The notes beneath the pieces are model-generated. The model was not told where the DNA came from and made no database searches. It was given only the letters and a program-made list of their open reading frames with translations. Positions 33,750 through 56,742 of a stretch of DNA of 56,742 bases are shown here, in pieces. The position numbers were made by a program, and so were the translations under genes. Within the stretch, counting starts at the first letter, position 1; every line of letters begins with the position of its first letter. Source of the stretch: Salpingoeca rosetta (taxonomy: Eukaryota; Protista; Choanoflagellata); contig JAWQFM010000028.1 of the NCBI GenBank assembly GCA_033442325.1, forward strand, positions 528,088 through 584,829, given 5' to 3'.

Positions 33750-34322
33750 AATGAGAGGTATGGGCGCGATGGGGCAGCAAGGCGGTTGCACGATCACTTC
33801 CATCACCGCATCAGCCCACCACACCCGCCAGCAAGCGGGCAAAGAAGACAGCGAATGGACAACAGCACCACAGCAACAACAGCAACGGTGCCATCTTCAT
33901 CATCAACAGCAGCAACTACCACACCGCCGCCCCCACATCAACCACGCATCCGTGGTGCAGGGACAGCAGGGGCGCGATCAGCAACGTCGATATCAACAGC
34001 GTCGCCGTCACCAGCGCGCCCGCGCGTTCGAGTGGAGGGAACCGTGCACATGTCGGAGGAGCAGGCACGAGAGGTACAGGAGCTGTTGGAAGCGATGGTC
34101 AGCACGGCCAGCAGCGACACGCCGGGGCTGGACGACACGCACGCGAACGTCACCACCCACCAGCACCACCGCAGCCCTGATGGTGGTCGCGGTGTTGGCA
34201 AACATGACGGTGCGAATGACACACGTGACGCTCCTGGTCACGGTCACGATGGCGGCGATGACAATGCATCGTCGGATGACGAATTTTTCGAGTGCTTTTC
34301 AGAGCCGTGGGTGCACTGCTGA
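30083..34322 (+). CDS. EDR2_C/DUF1336 domain protein with a long disordered C-terminal tail; start codon uncertain
   Basis: Spliced exons give YKLRVGPNYSKRKQKEACTDALYDLVACDLFSSAKK / ITNICKHVQLP..VPPFFVVNLLLPM / LVLYF..DRFK / MIAGLMNP..YNFKPLLTRPQHEW..YIECAIDVHRFNFLTR / AFTIE-GRGDDELPEWLLG, which are characteristic DUF1336 motifs. Last exon 32565-34322. Confidence 0.8.
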
Positions 34323-34368
34323 CGCGCACTGCTGGTGGTGGTGGTGATGATGATGATGATATTGATGA

Positions 34369-34405
<37 letters not shown>

Positions 34406-34409
34406 TAAG

Positions 34410-34452
<43 letters not shown>

Positions 34453-34485
34453 AGTTGTTGTTGTTGTTGTTTAAGTTGTTGTTGT

Positions 34486-34535
<50 letters not shown>

Positions 34536-35380
34536 GCGAGGGACAGGATCGGCCCAGGCTTCTTGATGAACAGTGGAACTGAAACAGGAAAAGACACGCG
34601 GCGCAACTGTTGCCGATCATGATGGTTGTGGTGGTGGCGATGGTGTTGATAGGGCAGGCAGGCAAGCAAGCAAACATGTGTTGATGTTTTCTTGTTCTGT
34701 GTGTGTGTGTGTGCGTGTGTGTGCGTGCGTGCGTGTGTGTGTGTGTGTGTGTGTGCGTGTGTGTGCGTGCGTGCGTGTGCTTTTGATATTTGACTCGCTA
34801 TTCCTGTGTTCATCACACTGTGTATGAGATGGGCAGATGTTCCATCATAAAAATGACATTGACACCGCATCACAAGACATGCTGTATGAGTGATCATGCG
34901 TAAGTGAGTGAGCGGTTGCACTCGTGTGAGCACAAGCACATGACACGGCGGCTAGTGAGAGCACATTAGAACCCTAACGACACACACACACACATATACA
35001 CACACATACACGCACAAAACTTTCGATGCAAAGTGCATGAACAACGAGCAAAGTGTCTATTCTCACGAGGACAGTCAGTTATCGTACAACAAGTAACAGA
35101 ACAGATCATGAACATCGAAATGGCATGTCACGCAACGACGTCAGTTACCATGATTATGGTGATGACAACAACACTGGCTGGTGAGTGCGATTCAAACGGA
35201 GCCACCACGTTGCATCAGTGTCGTGCACAGACATGGGAAAACAGCGTGCACATGCTTCAGCCCCATCAGGTCATCCAAACCACAAAACCAATTCACCCAC
35301 CATCAATACATCGCCCCCAAACCACCCGATGAAATCACCAACCAACCCACCAAGGAACAGCTGTTCACGTTCATCCCGCG

Positions 35381-40619
<5,239 letters not shown>

Positions 40620-42315
40620 CACGTCAAAATGCGCCAAGCCCGCTCACGCCAAACGGCCGAACCGGACAGGAAATCAAAACCAAGGATTGCCGCGTGTTGT
40701 GCCTTGTTTGCTTTGCACATCCCACCCCCAAACCCACACAAAACAAAAGAAAAAAGCACGCCCAAGCCACTCGTACTCTTGTCTCCTGTGCTCCAACAGC
40801 TCCTCCTCACTGCACCTCACTGCACTGCACTGCGCTTCGCCACGACATGCACACACCAACAAAACGAGAGGGGTATGTGCGTGCGCGAAGGACAACGTGT
40901 GCGTGGTCGAGCAGGTCTTGTGTTGCTGTTCGCCGACACTGTAGATTGTTTTTGGAAGATGTTGAAACTTTTCCTCACCACCAGTCAGTTGTCTCGCTGA
41001 AAACAGCGGAGACAGCCGTGATGCGAACGGCTGACTGTTCAGTGTGATATTGGTGTTGTGTGTTGTGTGTTGTGTGTTGTGTGTTGTGATGAGTGTTGCG
41101 CTGCTTCTGGTGCGTTGCACATGTATGTGTGTGCCTCACACCTTGTCTTTTGGCTTTCCTTTTCTTTTGTTGGTGTTCCTCCAAACCAAGAGGCCACCGT
41201 GTTGTTCCTTCATCCGCCATGGGTGCTTGTTATTGAGGCTGGCTTGTCCGCACGCCTTCAGACGATGCTGTTGTGTGACCAATCCTTGCCCCACTTCCTT
41301 CGCTGTCTCTGTGCTTTGTCAACGCGTTGCGTGGCAAGCAGGGCTGAGAAGAGGAGGAACAGGGAGAGGGAAGCGCGCAGCGTCGATCTAACCCTAAGAT
41401 GTTTCCGAACTTCCCCAAGCAGGCGTTTTTTCGCACACGGTTGTTTCTTCCCTGCGCCAAGGTCTTGCTTCAACGTGAGGCCTTGAGATCAACAAGAAGA
41501 AAGACAGCTCCTTGGCGGCTGGGTGGAGCAAAAGCGGTTCTCTCGGCTGGTTGGTCGTTTGGTTCGTTGGTTTGTGTTGTCCAGTGGTTTTGTGGGCAGT
41601 CAGTCGCTTCAATCGCATGCATTCGCTGCACACACATCCGTGGGCACATTGCAGTGGCCACACGCCATGTCAGTTGTTTGTTTCGTGGTACACGTTGTCC
41701 TTTTGTGCTTCCTGTGAGGTCGAACGACTTGTTTGAAGGCGTGCCCTTTGCTGTTGCGCCAGCCCTGGCAAAACTGTGGGCTGTGCCTTGAGTGCCATCA
41801 CTCGGCCGGCTCACAACCACACTTGGCTGAAAGGTTCGCCCTTGCCGCGCACAGCGTTTCCCATGCCTTTATGTTTCGTTTGGTTTTTGCACCTCGTTCC
41901 TCCTCAACTCCCCTCTCCCGTTGTGTTATTTGTGGCTGCGTGCATGTGTGTGTGTCAGTGCTCACGGTGTGTGTGCATGTGTCTGCGTACACCCCACTTT
42001 TTGGAGTCTGCCTCTGCGCGACACACAAGACGATGTCTCATCCGTCTTTCCCCTCAATTCAAACGAAAGAAACGTATGTGTGTGTGTGTGTGTGCGTGTG
42101 TGTGTGTGCGTGCGTGTGTGTGTGTGTGTGTGTGTGATACTGTGGATGAGCGGAGCCGCAAAGCAGTCTTGTTTCGTTTATTCGTAGCAATGGCAGAAAC
42201 CTGCCTGCCAGCTAGCCAGCTATGGTTAAGTTAGGCACACAAAACTTGGAAATCGAATTAATTGGGGAGAGAAGAAGGAGGCGCACACACGCACACACAC
42301 ACGCACACGCACGCA

Positions 42316-50536
<8,221 letters not shown>

Positions 50537-50741
50537 GCCCGCGCCGCATCGGAGCACTGGCTCTGCCGTGCGTGTGTGTGTGTGCGTGCGTGTGTGCGAG
50601 AGGGGGGGGGGGGGCTTTGCTTCGCGTGTTTGTTGTTCGCTGTTGCTGTTGTTGTTTGTTGTTTGTGTGCCGGTTGTTTGTGGATTTTGGCGCGGGCACA
50701 CAACGAACTGTGTTGTTGCAACAACGTGCGCACACACACAC

Positions 50742-50795
<54 letters not shown>

Positions 50796-51189
50796 ACACA
50801 CACACACTCACACACACACACACACACACACATTCTTCCCTCTCTCTCTCTCTCTCTTGCATGCTTGGTTGGTTCTCTTGTACTGTGAGATGGTTGGCAG
50901 GGCTGTTAGGTCAGAGGGGTGCATGGACATCAAAGCCCACACACGGCACACAGACACGCAATAAATGCTCATCAGAGCAGAGCAATCACAGAGCACACAC
51001 ACTGTCATCAACATGTCGTCTATGGAGAAAAGAGGGGGGTGGGCGAATAGCTAGATGCTAGGGGGCGAAAAGGGCGGCGGGAGACGAATACAGCTACACA
51101 CGAGAATGGCAAACAAGTGCGGGAAAGCAATTTCACCACAGACATGACCTGAGCGAGATAGATGAGTAGTGTGTGTGTGTACACACACG

Positions 51190-51246
51190 CACATCAAGCA
51201 CACATCAAGCACACATCAAGCACACATCAAGCACACATCAAGCACA
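51190..51246. repeat. (CACATCAAGCA)n 11-mer minisatellite
   Basis: About 5 copies seen directly. Confidence 0.9.
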
Positions 51247-51560
51247 CAAGGTGCAGGAAGAAGGCGGGGATTACAATTACACGCAATGACGCATCTCGGC
51301 GTTGAACACGCGAGGAGAGCGAAGCAAGCGAGCCATGATGGGCACAACGAAAGAAGTCAGCAATGACTCGAAAGAAGCAAGCAAGGAGAAAAAACACGGT
51401 GGGAAGTTGGCACAACCCATGCACGCATGTGCAAAGGCGAAGGGGGGGGGAGACGAACGAAGGAATAGCTAGATAGAAAGGAAGGGGAACGAAGGGGAGA
51501 ACAAACACAAGCAAGCAAGCAAGGGTACAAACTTGCACTCGCACGTGATCTCCTCCTAAC

Positions 51561-51591
<31 letters not shown>

Positions 51592-51796
51592 AAAGGGGAA
51601 GGCGAAGTAAGACAGTGATGTCATCGGACGGTGGTGTCATCAGGTACGTGGGTGCAGCACGTTTGCCGGCAAGGTGGTGCATCCACAGCCCTCACGGTCT
51701 TCATGGTCGTCATCATCATCACCATCATCTTCGCGGCGGTTGTCATGGTCATCATCATCATCGTGTTGGTCATGGCGAGCACAGCACTGCTGCGCA

Positions 51797-54388
<2,592 letters not shown>

Positions 54389-55872
54389 CTCTGCTCTGCT
54401 CAGCAGTGTGCCAGGGCAGGGGATGTCCTTGTGTCGAAGACGTAGGCTGGGTGTCGTTGTGGCAGTTGAAGACCTTCGAAGCGGCTGCCTGCAAGCTTCG
54501 CGATGGCTGGCTGTGGTGCTTGTGGCTTGGGAACCCTGGGGGGGGGGGTTGCGTGTTCGGACGGTCCTGGCGCGTGTGCTGTTTGGTCAAATGGGAGGGG
54601 ACGTGTGGCCGCAAAGTAGACGTGAGGTGAGTGGATAATGGTGTTGTTGTTGTGGGAGATGTGGAGTGCAGGGAGATGTGCGGTGTGCAGCGCGTGCGTT
54701 TGTGCCAGGGCGCATAGCATCATGTGACAGGTGCAAGTGCTCGAGTACACGACAACAGACGCGCAACGCACTCTTTGTGACAAAGCATGCGACACCAATG
54801 CAACCTGAAAACTAAAGCCCTAGGGCAAAAACAGGGGTTGGCACACACTAGACGCACAACGTACTCTCAACTCCACTCAACCCCACTCACTCAACTCCAC
54901 TCAGCCTCGCGCACCTTTGGAATGCCACAGAAGCACTGTTCTGTTCGGTCTGCTTCGGGAAGGATGAGAGTGCTGGCTGGGTGGCTGTTGTTGGCAGGTG
55001 TAGTCGCTGGTGTGGTCTCGGTGGTCGTCAGCAGGGAGGGAGATGGTCAGGGGAGGCCGGGTTTTGTTGTTGTTGATGTTGTTGTGCAGCGGGGTGTTCA
55101 AACAGGTGATGCAATGTGGGGAAAGCAAGGTAATATTAAACGAGTCCACACGCAAGTGCGTGATGAAAGCTGCCGCTCGTCTTGAGTATTTGTGTGGGGG
55201 TGGGGGTGGCAAAACTTAGCCAAGGGGTAGGCGGTTGTGATCAGGGCCGTCTTGGAGCACGTGCGAGCAAAGTGAGGGCAACACTGCACACGTGTTTTGT
55301 GGTTGCTTTGGAACTTGGGTGGAGAACGGAACCGAACGCTGGAATGCTGGTGACGGCAAAGATGCCAGCAGTTCCAGTTGGGGAAGTTCGGTGCTGATGG
55401 GCAAGGGAGAAAGCACACGCCACGCACGCGAGGGCACGATGGGTGGAGAGACAGAGGGGGGGGGGGCAGGACTCAACTCTGCTGGAGGAGGACGATTGGA
55501 AAATGGATGGCACCTCACGCCGTCAATCAACAAACGACAAGGACGTCGCACGGGAGGAAATGAAAAGACACAAGGGGAAGCAGGTGGCGGTGATGAGGTG
55601 GCTTGTCCTTGGCAAAGGTGTGTGGGGCTTGCGTGGTTGCGTGGCGGTGGGTGGTGTGGGTGGTGGTGTGGGTAGGTGGTGATGAGCACAGCCAGTTCTT
55701 GGAATTGATCCCGTGTTTTGGGGGGTGAGAAGTGTGGCGTGGTTGATGCAAGGTTGAAGGCTTGCGTCGTGCAGCACCCAGCATTGCATCAGTCGGACAC
55801 GAGAAATCGAGGTTTATTGGAAGCTTTCAACAAAACCAGGGTCAACCGTAAGCAAAACCTGTCCCGCTTGGT

Positions 55873-56262
55873 TTAGGGAACATCTGCGAAGATGTCATAC
55901 AATTTTCCCAAATTGTGCGAAAGCACTTTCGTGACGAGGCCAATCCAGGCCGGCAATTGCGACTTCGCCACTGCTTGAAGGATCTTTTCCGCTCGTTTTG
56001 CATTCGAATCGCCCGAAATGGTGTCACGCATATCGTCATCGTGCTTACCGCAAGGTGTGCAACCTGATTGTGCGGGCGCTTCTTGCGATTGCGGCGTTGC
56101 TGCTTCTTCTTCTCTGACGGCTGTTGCTTCATCTTCTTCTTGGGCTGCGTGCTGCTGGTCTTGCTTCGCTGGCTTCGCGGCTTGTTGCTTTGGTGGCGAT
56201 GGCGGCATGTCGTTTTCTTCAACCAGGAGTTGGAACACGCACAGCTCCAGCGCTTCCCACAC
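55873..56262 (-). CDS. Terminal coding exon of an unidentified gene extending beyond the window
   Basis: AATGCAG| acceptor at 56263/56262 downstream of a (CA)n intron. Peptide VWEALELCVFQLLVEEN...AEKILQAVAKSQLPAWIGLVTKVLSHNLGKLYDIFADVP*. Confidence 0.55.
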   Translation of the reverse strand: MWEALELCVFQLLVEENDMPPSPPKQQAAKPAKQDQQHAAQEEDEATAVREEEAATPQSQEAPAQSGCTPCGKHDDDMRDTISGDSNAKRAEKILQAVAKSQLPAWIGLVTKVLSHNLGKLYDIFADVP

Positions 56263-56411
56263 CTGCATTGGGTTAGGGTTTGGTCAGTTTGTTCACGGAA
56301 ATAGGTTGCATTGCATATTGGGAGGGGAGGGGGTTTCCAACGGAGTGACGATCCAGTTCCAGGAAACAGCAACGGCAGAACAAAGACGGATATGGATGGA
56401 TGATGGTGGTG

Positions 56412-56522
<111 letters not shown>

Positions 56523-56742
56523 GTGGAGGGGGGGGGGAAATGAAAGTCGTGAATGCAATAACCCAAGCCGAGTTCCAGGAAACAAACACGTCATGTCACC
56601 CAATGACGACAGTCACGTGTTGGGGCCAGGAGGAGGAAGGTGTCGACAGTTGATGTCATGTGTGCATGGTTGCGTGTGTTTGGGTGAGTGCGCGTGCGTG
56701 CGTGCGTGTGTGAGTGTGATTGCGTGTGTTTGGGCAAGAGAG

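Noticed and set aside
56269-56283. Telomere-like GGGTTAGGG
   Set aside because: Single copy within an intron; on the - strand it reads CCCTAAC, a plausible branch point next to the acceptor.

Overview
Intron-rich, microsatellite-dense eukaryotic DNA. The (CA/GT)n introns, poly-Q/D/T exons, Tyr-motif receptor and animal-like gene content resemble the choanoflagellate Salpingoeca rosetta (inferred from style, not verified). Most ORFs in the supplied track are microsatellite shadows. Hand-splicing at GT-AG junctions gives about 10 genes: (1) a partial coiled-coil gene (+); (2) a single-pass receptor with Cys-rich GCC2/GCC3-like and HYR/DUF5011-like Ig repeats and a kinase-less 10-Tyr tail (-); (3) an F-box/LRR protein (-); (4) head-to-head with it, GATOR1 subunit NPRL3 carrying a ~1,100-aa low-complexity insertion (+); (5) inversin (ankyrin + 3 IQ, -); (6) an EDR2_C/DUF1336 protein with a terminal FFAT-like motif (+); (7) an apparently intronless 8-finger C2H2 factor (-); (8) SLX4 with three UBZ fingers, MLR, BTB and SBD but no visible SAP domain (-); (9) a Gln-rich protein whose C-terminus, assembled from four exons, has a nine-Cys spacing close to the nuclear-receptor DNA-binding domain (-); (10) the last exon of an unknown gene (-). 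Gene 9 is the top candidate for novelty because nuclear receptors are regarded as animal-specific. There are four N-gaps and two garbled local duplications that may be assembly artefacts. No tRNA, rRNA, CRISPR array or transposase was recognised. All homology calls are by-eye motif recognition without database searches.
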